DNA of 62,948 nucleotides, the filler included, from Octopus bimaculoides (Eukaryota): NCBI RefSeq assembly GCF_001194135.2. It is 6 parts of 5 records of this genome, joined end to end, with 100 filler letters (N's around TTAATTAATTAA, not from the genome) between each part and the next. Parts side by side here need not be neighbours in the genome. Positions count along the whole stretch, not along the records: positions 16,256 to 45,989 come from NC_068991.1; positions 46,090 to 54,663 come from NC_068998.1; positions 54,764 to 57,875 come from NC_068987.1; 3 more parts are not named here. The stretch is one strand, 5' to 3'. The notes under the pieces were generated by a model. It saw nothing but the letters and a program-made list of their open reading frames with translations. It ran no database searches and was not told where the DNA came from. Positions 40,090 to 54,978 of the stretch are shown piece by piece (the first letter of the stretch is position 1; each line of letters starts with the position of its first letter). A program made the position numbers and the translations under genes.

Positions 40090-40275
40090 ACTACCCAGGA
40101 AGAAACTATTCTAAGAGTGCGTCCTGCCTTATCTTCGAAACGCCAAGTTTTAGAATAGAGGCAGCTGATGAAGGAATAATTCCATACGTGGCTTGTTTGT
40201 TTTCCTGTGTTCGTTCTGTTGTCTGTAAACTAAGTCCGTTTTGTTTTTATGTCCCCGTTTATTTTTCTAATATTC
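40090..40275. mobile_element. Probable Penelope-type terminal-repeat remnant with a decayed hammerhead
   Basis: CTGATGA-A-GGAA-TAA-TTCC-ATACGT at 40165-40189, where GAAA has decayed to ATA. Confidence 0.4.
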
Positions 40276-41744
40276 TGTACCCGGATATGCATCTATATAT
40301 ACATGTAGATGTAGGTATATACACATATGTATGTATACATGCATATGCTTATATTCATTTGTATTATATATATATATTTATATATATANNNNNNNNNNNN
40401 NNNNNNNNNNNNNNNNNNNNNNNNNNNNNNNNNNNNNNNNNNNNNNNNNNNNNNNNNNNNNNNNNNNNNNNNNNNNNNNNNNNNNNNNNNNNNNNNNNNN
40501 NNNNNNNNNNNNNNNNNNNNNNNNNNNNNNNNNNNNNNNNNNNNNNNNNNNNNNNNNNNNNNNNNNNNNNNNNNNNNNNNNNNNNNNNNNNNNNNNNNNN
40601 NNNNNNNNNNNNNNNNNNNNNNNNNNNNNNNNNNNNNNNNNNNNNNNNNNNNNNNNNNNNNNNNNNNNNNNNNNNNNNNNNNNNNNNNNNNNNNNNNNNN
40701 NNNNNNNNNNNNNNNNNNNNNNNNNNNNNNNNNNNNNNNNNNNNNNNNNNNNNNNNNNNNNNNNNNNNNNNNNNNNNNNNNNNNNNNNNNNNNNNNNNNN
40801 NNNNNNNNNNNNNNNNNNNNNNNNNNNNNNNNNNNNNNNNNNNNNNNNNNNNNNNNNNNNNNNNNNNNNNNNNNNNNNNNNNNNNNNNNNNNNNNNNNNN
40901 NNNNNNNNNNNNNNNNNNNNNNNNNNNNNNNNNNNNNNNNNNNNNNNNNNNNNNNNNNNNNNNNNNNNNNNNNNNNNNNNNNNNNNNNNNNNNNNNNNNN
41001 NNNNNNNNNNNNNNNNNNNNNNNNNNNNNNNNNNNNNNNNNNNNNNNNNNNNNNNNNNNNNNNNNNNNNNNNNNNNNNNNNNNNNNNNNNNNNNNNNNNN
41101 NNNNNNNNNNNNNNNNNNNNNNNNNNNNNNNNNNNNNNNNNNNNNCTACATCACAATCTGTGTGTCAGCATCACATTAAGATCGCTTGTGGTGGTGGTGG
41201 TGGGCAGAGGAGAGAGTAGGAGAAGAGAGAGAGAGAGAGAGAGAGAGGGAGAAAGAAAGGCAGCAACAGGGATGAGAGCGACATAAAGATGACGGTGGCG
41301 GCGTCGGTGGTGGAGGTGGTGGTGGTGGTGGTGGTGGTTTCAAAAAGGAGGATACGTGTTGTGTTGTGTGTTGTGTTGTGTGTTGAAGTGATCGTTTTGA
41401 CATTCCAAGGTGATTGCTCATCTAACTGGCTGAGGTTCGAAACCGTGCAAATCCCCTCCACCCCATGCACCGTCGTTTGTCTTTAGTTTTATCTCTCTTA
41501 TGTTTGCCGTCTCCCCGCCTCCTCCTTTTTCACACAATCCACTCCCTCTATCACTTTCTTTGATATGCATACGTCCACATCTATATACATACATACATAT
41601 ACTACATACACACACACATATATCTGTATGTGCATATTAATATTTATAGTTATACATACATACATATTTGTAGATAGGTTAAATACACGCATATATATAC
41701 ATACACACACACACACACACATGCACACACATACACATAGATAT

Positions 41745-41867
41745 ATAACAAAGCTTCTACTCAGTTTCCGCTCGGGGCTATTGTAGAAGACACTTGTCCA
41801 GTGTACCACACGGGGATTGAACCCGAGACGTTGTAGTTTATTATGCACACAACCGTGCCTGCACCTG

Positions 41868-41870
<3 letters not shown>
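41745..41870 (-). mobile_element. SINE family B head, degenerate
   Basis: GGGGCTATTGTAGAAGACACTTG..CA..GT.CCAC...GG.ATTGAACCC is the reverse complement of the family B head. Confidence 0.7.
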
Positions 41871-41899
<29 letters not shown>

Positions 41900-41919
41900 T
41901 GTATGTATGTATGTGTGTA

Positions 41920-41967
<48 letters not shown>

Positions 41968-42904
41968 TAGATAGATAGATGGATAGATAGATAGATATGT
42001 ATGTCTATACATCCATGCTCACACACACACGCATATATATATGGGTCTAGGAGGCTCCCTATTAATCTATATATGCTGGGATTGCGCATGTAGGAACCCC
42101 GGTGCCAGTGTTTTGCCGGGGGGGTGGAGCGATAATGGTGTTCAGGCGGCTCTGACACCCAATTCATGGCTCAACACTTGATAAAATTGTAGCAGTTACA
42201 GTAGAAGGAAAAACACTTGACGGTGAGGTCACAGAATCTCACAGCATCATTAAACCTATTATAAAAAGCCCTGAAGTCCTTTCTGGACATCATACTACAC
42301 TCCACACGTCTCGTATATATAAACTACTTTTACTTTATCAGTGACGATCAGACACCAGAGTGGTCCTGGACATCAGAATGGGCCTCAATGACACCAACTT
42401 GTTTGCTTGATGCACTTAGGTCCAGATCTTTGCCCAGTGCACTCGCCGGAACCATCAGCTATACTTGTGGTTGTATCGATAAGTTATCGGCACTACTTCC
42501 CTCAACAGAGGGCAGCACATTTCCTTCACCAAACTCCTCAACAGTGCCCAGCCTTCATCACATTGGAATTCCAGCATCTTACATTGTATCCTATATTGAA
42601 TATACTCAGAATTTAAAACAGTAGGGTATGATTTGAAGGGGATTTGGCAGCTATTTCAGCTATTTCTGGTTGCTATTTCAAGCAGTTTTCAATCATGTGG
42701 ATGTGAACCCATCAAAATTTGTCTAAATGATTGATAGACCTGCTAGAAGTAGCAGACAAATCCCCTTCAATTTATACTCCCATCGTATTAAAAAAACATA
42801 TTCATACATATTGAATAATGTAGTTCAAGTGTTGGCTGTAGAGAGGAAAAATACAGTTGGATCACTTTTGTTTATATGTCTAATCCGTAATGACTGGCCG
42901 AGGG

Positions 42905-43250
42905 TTAAACTACAATGACGACAATATCAGTAACGACAACGATGACGACGATGACGACGATGACGATAGCATCAACAAGAAAAACAACAACAGCAACAAG
43001 AACAAAAAAAGTAACAGCACCAACAACAATAGCAGCAGCAGCAGCAGCAGTGACAGCAATAACAAAACGAACTACAACAACAAATACAACAACACCGCTA
43101 ACAATAACAATAAAAACCACAACAGTAACAACAACCACATCAATAACACACACAGCCAGCAGACACACCAACAACAACAACAACAACAGCATCAGCAACA
43201 ATAAAATCAATAACAACAATCATCATCCCTCCAACAACAATAACAACAAC
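42905..43250. repeat. Mosaic trinucleotide low-complexity tract (GAC/AAC/AGC/AAT)
   Basis: Seen directly; the N/D/S/T-rich ORFs here are by-products. Confidence 0.85.
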
Positions 43251-43415
43251 TTAGGCATTTCTTGAGCACATGTTAAACATGTTGTAAGCATTATGAACAT
43301 TTATTTTATGTGTTATGACATTATGACATGGTCTCTGTTTGCTGGATTTCAAAGACGTTTATTTTTGGGGTGGGTAGGTGGGTAATACACCCTCACTCTC
43401 ACTCTTTCTACACCT

Positions 43416-43477
<62 letters not shown>

Positions 43478-45689
43478 NNNNNNNNNNNNNNNNNNNNNNN
43501 NNNNNNNNNNNNNNNNNNNNNNNNNNNNNNNNNNNNNNNNNNNNNNNNNNNNNNNNNNNNNNNNNNNNNNNNNNNNNNNNNNNNNNNNNNNNNNNNNNNN
43601 NNNNNNNNNNNNNNNNNNNNNNNNNNNNNNNNNNNNNNNNNNNNNNNNNNNNNNNNNNNNNNNNNNNNNNNNNTATCTATATCTGTGTATATGTATATAT
43701 ACAAATATATATATATATATACACACATATATATATATATGGATATGAATATATACATACATACATACACATATTTATGATTCTATCTCTCTCTCTCTCT
43801 ATATATATAAATTATGTAAACGTATATCTACACAGACACACACACACACACACACACATATACATATATATGTAGATGGGCATGTATGAGTAAGTTTGTG
43901 TACATATTTGTATAAGTACAAGTACGTATATATTATATATATATATATATAAACTTGTGTTGTTTTCTTTTTTTTTGTTTTGTTTGTTGTAATTTTCGTA
44001 TAACTCTCGTGCAGATAGAGTTAATAGTAGCAATAAAAAATAGAGATTTTACTCAGATTCATGTGAAAAAGCGATAATAGGAAACTCGGAGTAAAGTCGG
44101 TGTAAAATCTCATTTTACATACGTCTGTGAGTGTGTGCGTGTGTGCGTGCGTGTGTGTGTATGTATGTGTGTGCGTGTGTGTTTGTGTATGGGAGTGATA
44201 TAACAGGGATTACATAATCCGAATCGTGGTTTCGCTTGGTCAGTCGACCGTAGACGCGGACAGTTTGAAAAGTAATAAAATGACTGTAGGTGGCGTAATT
44301 GGCGCAAATCGTTGGTTATCATCTGTTATGCATCAGAGAATGGAGTCGGATGAGGGCCTTTTTTGAATTCACAAGGAAGATTCTAGTATGTTGATGTCAG
44401 TGATAACAATAATGATGCTGGTAGTGATGGTAATGATGGTGGTGGTGGTGGTCGTCGTAACAGTAGGGCGATGCACGGCGTGAAACTTCTCTGTGATGCC
44501 GAAGTTGCAGGACTTTGATTAATTCACAAATACCAGCACTTTGCCTAACACTATCTCTATAAGATGCTGGTGGCTTCTTTTTTGTGCTTCAAGCTATTCA
44601 AATATGATTTGAAAGTATTATGTCATTATTATGATGGCCGCACGAGCTTTCGTCTGGTGTAAGGCGTCATTTGAGAGAATGCTCCATAAACCTTCGCCAG
44701 TTTGCTGATGTTATTCATGGGGAATACAATAAGTGAAATAAACCCCTTTTTCCCCTCTACTTATTTGTTCTTTAAAGAGCAAAACTCTATCTTCCAGCAA
44801 AACGCATGGCAACTGTAACGTACATTACTATTTTATTGACTTTACCGCCATTCGGGAAAATATTTTCCGATCAGTGAGAAGAAATTTCTCACAAGACTAA
44901 TTTTCATACCAGTTTTGTACGGTGTCTTCGGCCATATAATATCCACTTTCCGGGTATTATTCGGGTGTAATTGTTGCTTGTTTGCTAAGTATTTTATTCT
45001 CTCTTGCTATCTGCTACATTTAATGGTTCATTCAACAACTCTGTTGAAGGCCGGTTCTTCCGAGAACAATGTAATTGTCCTCTGTTTGCTAGAATATGTT
45101 TAGTGATGTTTGTTGTGTAATTGGATTAGCTGTTGATGCGCAATGGGGCTAGTGTTACGTTCCTTGAAGAAACGATACGAACTAATTTTGATTTCTTAAC
45201 AAATGTTCAAATTCTTTGAGAATTAAAAAAGTAAACATTTCATTCTGATTCCTTGCAGGCGATATTCGTCTTCTGCACCCCTGACACAGCCGCTGGTGAA
45301 TCATCTTATATTTCTTTCAAATCCGATCACGTGTACAGACGACCGACTGAGTGAAACCATAGTTTCGGTTATGTAATCTATTTTTAATTTGCATATATTA
45401 ACATATATTAAAGCATATAAATATACATTAGATTACACACCCTTTCAAAATAAATTTGTATTCAACACTTTTATGTATTTATTACAATATAATGATTACA
45501 CACACATGTATATATGTAAATGTACACGCACACATATAATACGCACATGTACATATATATACCTATATATGTATGTGCATATATACATGTATATACATGT
45601 ATATATATCTATATCTTCATATCTATATATATGTGCGTGTATATACATACATATATATAAATATATCTATATATCTATATATATCCTTC

Positions 45690-45885
45690 GCAGCACTCCA
45701 GCGGTTACGAGGACGAGGGTTCCAGTTGATCCGATCAACGGAACAGCCTGCTCGTGAAATTAACGAGCAAGTGGCTGAGTACTCCACAGACACGTGTACC
45801 CCTAACGTAGTTCTTGGGGAGATTCAGCGTGACACAGAGTGACAAGGCCGGCCCCTTTGAAATACAGGTACAACAGAAACAGAAA
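45690..45885 (-). mobile_element. 3' part of the SINE family seen at 1688-2010
   Basis: GAAATACAGGTACAAC, GTGTGACAC-like and GACACGTG segments match 1820-1990 in reverse complement. Confidence 0.7.
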
Positions 45886-47194
45886 GAAAGAGAGAAAGTT
45901 GTGGTGAAAGAGTACAGCAAGGTTCGCCACCATCCCCTGCCGGAGCCTCGTGGAGCTTTAGGTGTTTTCGCTCAATAAACACTTACAACNNNNNNNNNNN
46001 NNNNNNNNNNNNNNNNNNNNNNNNNNNNNNNNNTTAATTAATTAANNNNNNNNNNNNNNNNNNNNNNNNNNNNNNNNNNNNNNNNNNNNATACATATATT
46101 TATATAAATATACATATATACATATACATGAATATATATAAATATATATATACATATACATGAATATATATAAATATATATGAATACATATATATGAATA
46201 TATATGAATATATATGTATGTATGTGTGTATGTATGTATATGTATATGCGTATATAACATATGCTTTCCATCTCATGCATACCGTACTACTGTGACAACT
46301 ATTCAGTACCAATTAAACTAAATTTAACATATAACATTTAATAACATGTATAAGTAAGAATGAATGATAACAGTCAGTACCATTAAGCTGCAGTAACTGG
46401 GAAATCATAAGATTAAAACAAAACAAGATACAAGTTGCAGGCCTAATATAAGGAACAATATTCCAAGCTTGAATATGAGCATATGGGGAATGGTTTTCCA
46501 TCATATATTGTAGGAAATGCTGTTAAATTACATCTTATCTAATTGATGCTACTAAGTTACAGTTTCTTGCATAAATCTTCCATGTTAATTGAGTGGGATC
46601 TCACAAAAGTAGGCAAAGTCAGCTGAAATTTCATTCTGAAATTGATTCCTTTTTAGCATCTTGTTTTCGTATTACCTAACAGAATGTCTCACATCACCCA
46701 CTATATTCACCTCATGACATCCTGATGTGACAGCTCACTAACTTCAAACTTTCTAGTCATAGAGATTTATTTTCATCTATTTCTCACATTTTCTTATATA
46801 ATACTAGTAATTTTGTAATGTTCACTCTAGGCTGCAACACATCCTGTTACTGGAATCTCTCTCTACATCTTATTCCAGATCTATCCTGATATTGCTTCAG
46901 GCAGAAATATTTCCTAACAAATAGTTTGCTGTGTTTGTCATTAGTGCTTAGTTTCATCAGAAGTTCGAATAAAAATTCTTGCTATTGACATATTTATTTT
47001 TAGAATGTACTACTTATTGCCAAATTAGCTAAGATGCTAACAAGCTGAAAACACTACGCAATTTATTGGCGAGTATGTGTATATCCTCCTCATTACTAAC
47101 AATTTAATCAGTTTTTTGTATGTGTATGTGTATCTGAGAACCTATGTTTGTATAAAGGTATAAAGTTTTTTCAGTATTGTCTATGCACATATTT

Positions 47195-47255
<61 letters not shown>

Positions 47256-47477
47256 NNNNNNNNNNNNNNNNNNNNNNNNNNNNNNNNNNNNNNNNNNNNN
47301 NNNNNNNNNNNNNNNNNNNNNNNNNNNNNNNNNNNNNNNNNNNNNNNNNNNNNNNNNNNNNNNNNNNNNNNNNNNNNNNNNNNNNNNNNNNNNNNNNNNN
47401 NNNNNNNNNNNNNNNNNNNNNNNNNNNNNNNNNNNNNNNNNNNNNNNNNNNNNNNNNNNNNNNNNNNNNNNNNNNNN

Positions 47478-47519
<42 letters not shown>

Positions 47520-47856
47520 TGTATATATATATATACACACACAAACACACACACACATTCATATATATATATGCGTGTGTGTGTATGTATACACATATGT
47601 GTTGGCATTAAAAATATATGTTTACACATGCACACACACACACAGACACACACACACACAGACACACATATGAGTAAATCTATGGTAGATGTATTTGTGC
47701 ATGTGTGCGTAGTTTAGGGAAACAATATGAAACAAGCTCATTTATTTATTAAAATTTCATTTCATGAAGGATCACACAATTTGGTTTATTAGTCTGCATG
47801 GAAATTTGAGACAATAAAATGTGTGGAATATGTATGTATGTATGTATGTATGTATG

Positions 47857-47895
<39 letters not shown>

Positions 47896-50452
47896 ATGTA
47901 TGTATGCATGCATGCAGGTGTATAAATAGAAGCAGTTCTCATGACTTGTCTGTTCAAGTTCCATCTCTGCAAGTTTAGTGTGTGCGTGTGTACAGGTAAT
48001 TCTTGAGATTCATTTGCTTTACTTCTGTATTTCTCTGACTTTCAAATTTTTTAGAACTGTGTACATGAATAATGCCCACACAACCACACTCATACATACA
48101 AACACCCTACCACACATATGTGTGCATGTGTATATTTTTTGAGCCCCTCCACTGAACTAGACTACATCTCATCATGCACTATGCTTGTCTCTCCTCCCAC
48201 CTCCTGCAGCCCAACATTTCCTTGTCAACATTGCTGTCCAGCTACTCCTCTATTTACCTGTGCTCACTCCTCACTGCATCTCCTTTCTACCTCCCTCTCC
48301 CACCACCCTTCTTTTACACTCCCTATACACTCACCCTGTCCAATCTTCTGTATCACTCCACTTACATTCACCTCTTTGTACCATGATAGTAAACACCCCA
48401 GTACATCTTCATCACCATTTTTTCTCTCTCTCTATTTTTTACTATCTCTCTTTTCCCCCTCCCTATCTCTCTTCCTAGAGTAACCATGTACCACCTATTG
48501 AGAAAGACACCTGTTTCTGTCCCTCTTTCACCATTTAGCCTCTCATCGCCAGGCACAAGGCTGCCTCCCTCAGTACCATTCTCCCTCTCAGTCAAGCAGT
48601 CTTAATTTTGCAGATTACTTGGTGACCTTCCTGTTGTTGATATCATGTAAAATGCATCCAGTACATTGTAAAAGTAGTTCGTGTTAGGAAGAGCATCTAG
48701 CTGTAAAAACCATGTCATTTTGAAAGGCTGTCATTAAAAAAAAAATTAGGAAAATCCCTGAAAAAATTATCCCCACAAATTTTTTTATAATCGTAATCTA
48801 TGCTGTTTGAAAGGGATTTGTATAAACTTTCGTTAAAAGATACCCATTGCGTGAATTTTCCAAAACTCCTCTTTTCACCCGCTTGGAAAAATTCTTCCTC
48901 ATAAAGCCTATACACTCTGAAGCCACAACATCTAAGCAGTACATGTAGAAAATTTTGTTAAAAAGTATCCATATTTCTGGATGTCATGAGGCAACAAATT
49001 TGGAGGCTTATACATCTGTAGTAATGCCTTTTTATTCATACAATTTTTTCATTTCATGTTTATTTCACTCATTGTTTGCAATGTTCTCTCTCCCTCTCCT
49101 CTCTCTCTCTCACACACTGCAAAGCTTACAGAAAGGCTGCTGAATTGAAATCTCTATATTGCTTTCAGGGGAAGGTAAAACTTGACAAACTGCTCCTCCC
49201 TCTGTTGTTGGACTACTGTGATGTTTATTTAAAAAGTGAGATTATGACTGTGATAAAATAATGAAAGCAATATTAACTAAGCAAGTGAGTACTATTATTC
49301 AAAGAAATAATTAGACGTAAAATATAAAAATTATTAGAATTGGAAATCAAATGTGAAAATATTATCAAGGTGCTAGCAGAAAACCGCCTGGAGGGTAGTC
49401 TTTCTGCTTGTATATATATATATATAATTGTAGATTGATAGATATGTATGTACTCAAGTGTGTACATATGTATGTAGATATGTACATTCATACATATATA
49501 TGTATGTATATACAGTATGTATATGTGTAAGTATCTGTTCGAGAAATTTACATTAACCTGGAAATTTAGGTCTTTAAAAAAGAAATGCAAGCTTTTCTGA
49601 ATTTTTTTCAAATTAATGTAAATTCTAACTGTGAGTATTAAACGTCAAGTAAACAGTACAGTGAGAATCTACACTTCCATATATAAGCAATGCAATCATC
49701 CTACGAACATAATCAATAATTACCTAAAAAATATTTCGTTGAATTTATCTAAACAACCACACATGAACAATTTTAAAACATTTTTGAAATTACTGCAATG
49801 AATCCCTTATCTGTAGCAACCTTGAAGATAAACTACAATAAATTGGAAATCCACAAATTCCCAAAGAAAAAACATACAATGTGGTTTATTCAGCTATAAA
49901 ACCTATTTGGAAGTATATCTGTAGTTAAAACATTCTTCTGCATACACACTCTTCCCCAGGCTGAGTGTAAACATTGTAAAATATTTTACAAATATGTATT
50001 AAGTTATACTTTTTTACACAGATCTTCATATAAAATTTATTTGCTACAACTGAACTCTCCATAACACTAGCTTAACTGACAATAAGTGTAAATTTAAAGA
50101 TCTTGTGCACCAAGTTACTGCAGAGACAACAACCTAGCTATGTCATACACTGACCTTAACATGACTCCATTAATTTCACAATACAATCAGCATCCTTCAA
50201 CTATCACAATCAGGATGACAGTAAGAGCATATCCATTTTGAATTTTTCACAAAACTAAAACTAAAAGTTATTAACCATATTCTAAAATAGAGGAAACTTT
50301 TCTTTGCTAAGTATTTATTTTATTGTCCATAACTATAACCAAGATCTCCTGTATGCTAAAATATTTTTACTGAGGCACCACTCAGAATACTCTTATTTTT
50401 GGCTACACAGTATATATATATATATGTGTGTATATATACACATGCACACACA

Positions 50453-50509
<57 letters not shown>

Positions 50510-50735
50510 GCATACACACACATCTACATACATACACATACATATATATATATATATACACATATATTTAAACACTTCAGCATGACAAGCTGGTACTTTA
50601 TCCTAGTAAATAAAAATTTTATAGATTATTATAGCAAGTACATAGCCATCATCCTCTTCTGGTGTGACCAAAACCCTATTCCTTCTTTCTCTTAAATCAA
50701 AACTCTACATTTGATGAATTATATAATTCCATATA

Positions 50736-50956
50736 CAGTAATCCCTTGACTATCACAGGTGTTATGTTCCAAAACCCCCCATGATAGGTGAAAATCCACG
50801 AAGTTGAAACAGTAATGTACTGTATATTTTTTTATTATTTTTATAATTTGTATATATCTACTTTATTATAAATGCAAAACAACACTACTGCGGAATTGAC
50901 ATAAGCTTAAAAAATAAACTGCGATAGGCGAAACACAATATGGCGAGGGATTACTG
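50736..50956. mobile_element. Tigger/pogo-type MITE, 221 bp, with TA target duplication
   Basis: TA-CAGTAATCCCTTG ... CGAGGGATTACTG-TA terminal inverted repeats. Confidence 0.85.
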
Positions 50957-51503
50957 TATAGACAGAATTGCTTTATACGTTTATTGACTGATTCTAAATT
51001 ACTTTTGATCTTGTAATTCTAACATTACATCAACAGTTTCTAAACTAGCTCCTACTCTTGTGTGAATATGAATGTAATTCATTTTTTATAGATAGTCTAA
51101 TAACTTACTGCATTAAACTTATCCTGACAAGCATCTTAAATGTGACTTCTACCTCGATACATTAACTATCCTTTTATGAACATGTTTTGTTTACTCTTTT
51201 TTTTTATTTCTGATTGGTAATAAACTTTCTTTTCTCTTATCTCCATATCTTCCCTGCCTAACTTGTAACCTGTAAAAGACACTAACATTTGTGTTATCTT
51301 TTGCAATATACCCTAAACATTGCACTAGTTTACTAATATAGTTCCTCTTTAGTTTCTATACATTTACTCTCCCAGTTATCATGTTTAATATCAATTTATA
51401 TTGTCTGGCCATTGCTACTCAGATCAAATCTAAAAGACAACTCATCAGCAAGTAAACTTCAGTTATCTTTTAACAAACACAAAAGCCCAATTTATATATT
51501 ATA

Positions 51504-51703
51504 TTAACCCTTTGGCATTTAAATCAGCCATATCTGGCCCAAATATTCTACTTGTTTTATGTTTGAACTGGCCAGATTTGACTTCTCACACCTCTCCTAC
51601 AATGTCATTCTAAAAATAAACAAATGACATCATTGAAATCTTGAAGCTATGAGAATAAACAACCATTGCATTTGACCAAGTATTTTGAATGCTAAATGGT
51701 TAG
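51504..51703. mobile_element. piggyBac-type MITE, degenerate
   Basis: TTAA-CCCTTTGGCATTT at the left end and GAATGCTAAATGG-TTAG at the right end form imperfect TIRs at a TTAA-like site. Confidence 0.6.
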
Positions 51704-52643
51704 GGTACTCACATATAACAAACATATCTTGGACTATCATTTTTGGTGTCTCACCATTTATCTACCTTTGCACAAATTTAGAATTCTTTTCAAGAATATT
51801 CTAATAACAAATAGAAAACTTTAAAAAGACAAAAAAGAACCCATTTAATTTATGAATATCACTCAAGAATGCACCTCTATCATGTTTTAAGTAACTCCTA
51901 TATCTTTTATTCTAGACATATCTAAAAACACCTATTCCAACTCTTTCCCTAAACAATTTTGCTGGATATCTCCTCTTTCTGATAATATTTATACAAGAAA
52001 CAGTATTCTTTACAATCCAGTTTCAATAATAATAATAAACATATAGCCAAAAACCATACTTCACTTGGATAGTCAAAAGCATAATTGCTTTTCTTTAAAA
52101 TATTTTTGTACCAGTTTTCGTTTTATTCCAACACTTATTATGCATATTTCAGTGATTCCAATTTTCTAGTTGTTGCTCTGATAAAGAAAATTTTATCATC
52201 GTACATGAACTGAATCCCATTCAACTGACATTTCATTGACATATTGATTGACAGTAACATTTCCTTATTTACTCCAGTATTTTTTCTGAACTGGTGCCAG
52301 TAGTTATAATTCCAGACAATCATATTATACATTTCTTTCATTGCACTCTTCTGTACACTATCCAGATAGATAAACATTCATAAAATATACACATAAGATT
52401 TGTTCTGTTTACTCTAAAGTTATCTTATATGATATCTGAAGGCAGCGTACTCACAGACATAAATATGTGTGTGCATGTACATATATATATATATATATAT
52501 ATACATACACACACATATACATATATATATACATACATACATATACATATATGCATATATATATATATATATGTATATGTGTATGCGTATGTGTATATAT
52601 GTATATATATGTGTGTGTGTACGTTTGTATACATTTATATATG

Positions 52644-53015
<372 letters not shown>

Positions 53016-53187
53016 ATATATATATGTGTATGTATGTATGTATGTATATTATGAAGGATAAAACAGATGAGGGATGCAGAAAAATGTACATCATGATCTA
53101 CTATCAAAGCCTATTAACTTCCATCCTTGTGTTATATCATTATTCTTATTATTATTTATTATTATTATTATTATTCTTATTATTATT

Positions 53188-53615
53188 TAAATGTGGCAAG
53201 CTGGCAGAATCGTTATTATACCAGGTGAAATGCTTAGCAGTGTTTCACCTGCTGCTACATTCTGAAGTCAAAATCTGCCAAGGATGGCTTTGCCTTTCAT
53301 TCTTTTGGGGTTGATAAATTAAGTACCAGTTGAGAACAAGAGTCGATGTGAACGACTGTCTCCCACCCCAGAAAATCCGGGCCTTGCGCCTATAGTAGAA
53401 AGGATTATTATTGTCATTATTATTTAAAGGTGGCGAGCTGGCCGAATTGTTAGCCCACCAGGCAAAATGCTCAGTGGCATTTCGTCTAGGTTGACTTTAT
53501 CTTTCATCCTTTTGAGGTCAATAAATTAAGTACTAGTGCAACACTGTCGTTGATATAACCGACTAGTCACCTCTCCCAAAATTTCAGGCCTTGTGCCTTT
53601 AGTAGAAAGGATGAT
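53188..53615 (+). mobile_element. Two tandem family A SINE copies
   Basis: Copies at 53188-53408 and 53427-53615, joined by an (ATT)n tail. Confidence 0.85.
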
Positions 53616-53629
53616 TGTTATTATTATTA

Positions 53630-54663
53630 TTATTGTTCAGTAGTTTTATTTTTATAACGTGCTTTCACTTCACTACAGAGCGCAGGTCTGTGCACCTTGG
53701 GTATGTGCTGTGGTTTGCTGTGATGCTCTTATGGTTACTGTATTGAAAGTGTTTTGCGTAGGATGTGCCCAGTAGTGCAATTTTCTGTATGTTAATATAT
53801 ATTTGCAAGTCCTGGTGATTTTGTTATGTATTTGTCTGAATATTTTTTTATTATACCTAAGGCACCTACTATGATAGGAATTGTTTCTATTTTTAGATTC
53901 CACATTCGAGTTACCTCTATTTCCAGGTCTTTGTATTTTGAAAGTTTTTCCATTTCTTTTAGGGAAACGTTGTCATCTGCTGGTATTGATACATCAATTA
54001 GAAAGTATTTTTTTCTTCATGATCTTTGACAACTATATCTGGTCTGTTTGTCTTAATTTCTCTATCTGTGTGTATTGGCATATCCCAGAGTATGGTTGCT
54101 TTCTCGTTTTCTGTGACCTTTTCTGGCGTGTGTTTATACCATTTTTTTCTGTTGTTATTCCATAGTGTTGGCATAGTTTTCAGTGTATATAGGTCCCAGC
54201 TCTGTCGTGTCTGAATATATTCCTTCTTAGCCAGGACTGGGCAGCCAGAGATAATATGATTTATTATTTCTTGTCCATCTACACATATTCTACAGTTACT
54301 TGTCATGTTTCTTTTCATTATATGTTTTTGGTCATTTCTGGTGGGGAGGCTTTGGTCTTGTGCAGCAATTAAAAATCCTTCAGTCTCTGCTTTGAGTCCT
54401 GAGCTTCTCAACCATTGCTGGGATTTTTCTCTGTCTATTTCTTTTGCATTTAGTTTAGTCCAGTATTTATCATGGTCCATTGCTGTTCTAGTTTTAGTTT
54501 GGATTTCATTTGTTTCATAGCTTTTGTTGTTTCTTCTTCTTCTTCTTCGTATTTGTTAGGTAGTATGATTTCTTGTTTGTATTTGTCAGCTTCCTTAAAT
54601 ACTGAAAACAGCTTTTTGTTTTGCTCATGTTTTGTGGCTATTTGTATTAGTTTTCCTTGCTTC
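53630..54663 (-). mobile_element. R4/Dong-like non-LTR retrotransposon 3' part: RT thumb, CCHC knuckle, REL endonuclease, 3' UTR and (AAT)n tail
   Basis: WLRSSGLKAETEGFLIAAQDQSLPTRN...CRIC...IINHIISGC...ILWDMPIHTDREIKTNRPDIVVKD..(frameshift)FLIDVSIPADDNVSLKEMEKLSKYKDLEIEVTRMWNLKIETIPIIVGALG...HILRKTLSIQ*. Frameshifted, so inactive. Confidence 0.9.
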
Positions 54664-54875
54664 NNNNNNNNNNNNNNNNNNNNNNNNNNNNNNNNNNNNN
54701 NNNNNNNTTAATTAATTAANNNNNNNNNNNNNNNNNNNNNNNNNNNNNNNNNNNNNNNNNNNNATTTTATACCAAGACAAAACAATGTACATGATAACAC
54801 TTCCAATCAATTAAGATCAGAAGCCATGAGAGCCACTGCCTGGTACTGCATCTGGGCAATTATTATTATTATTAT

Positions 54876-54955
<80 letters not shown>

Positions 54956-54978
54956 TTGTCGTTGTTGTTATTGTTGTT

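Noticed and set aside
42180-42620. Possible decayed LINE tail
   Set aside because: No consistent RT C-terminal motif series could be reconstructed in any frame.
48715-48915. 66-aa minus-strand ORF, and the plus-strand acceptor near 49168
   Set aside because: No recognisable motif; adjacent to SINE remnants; insufficient support.
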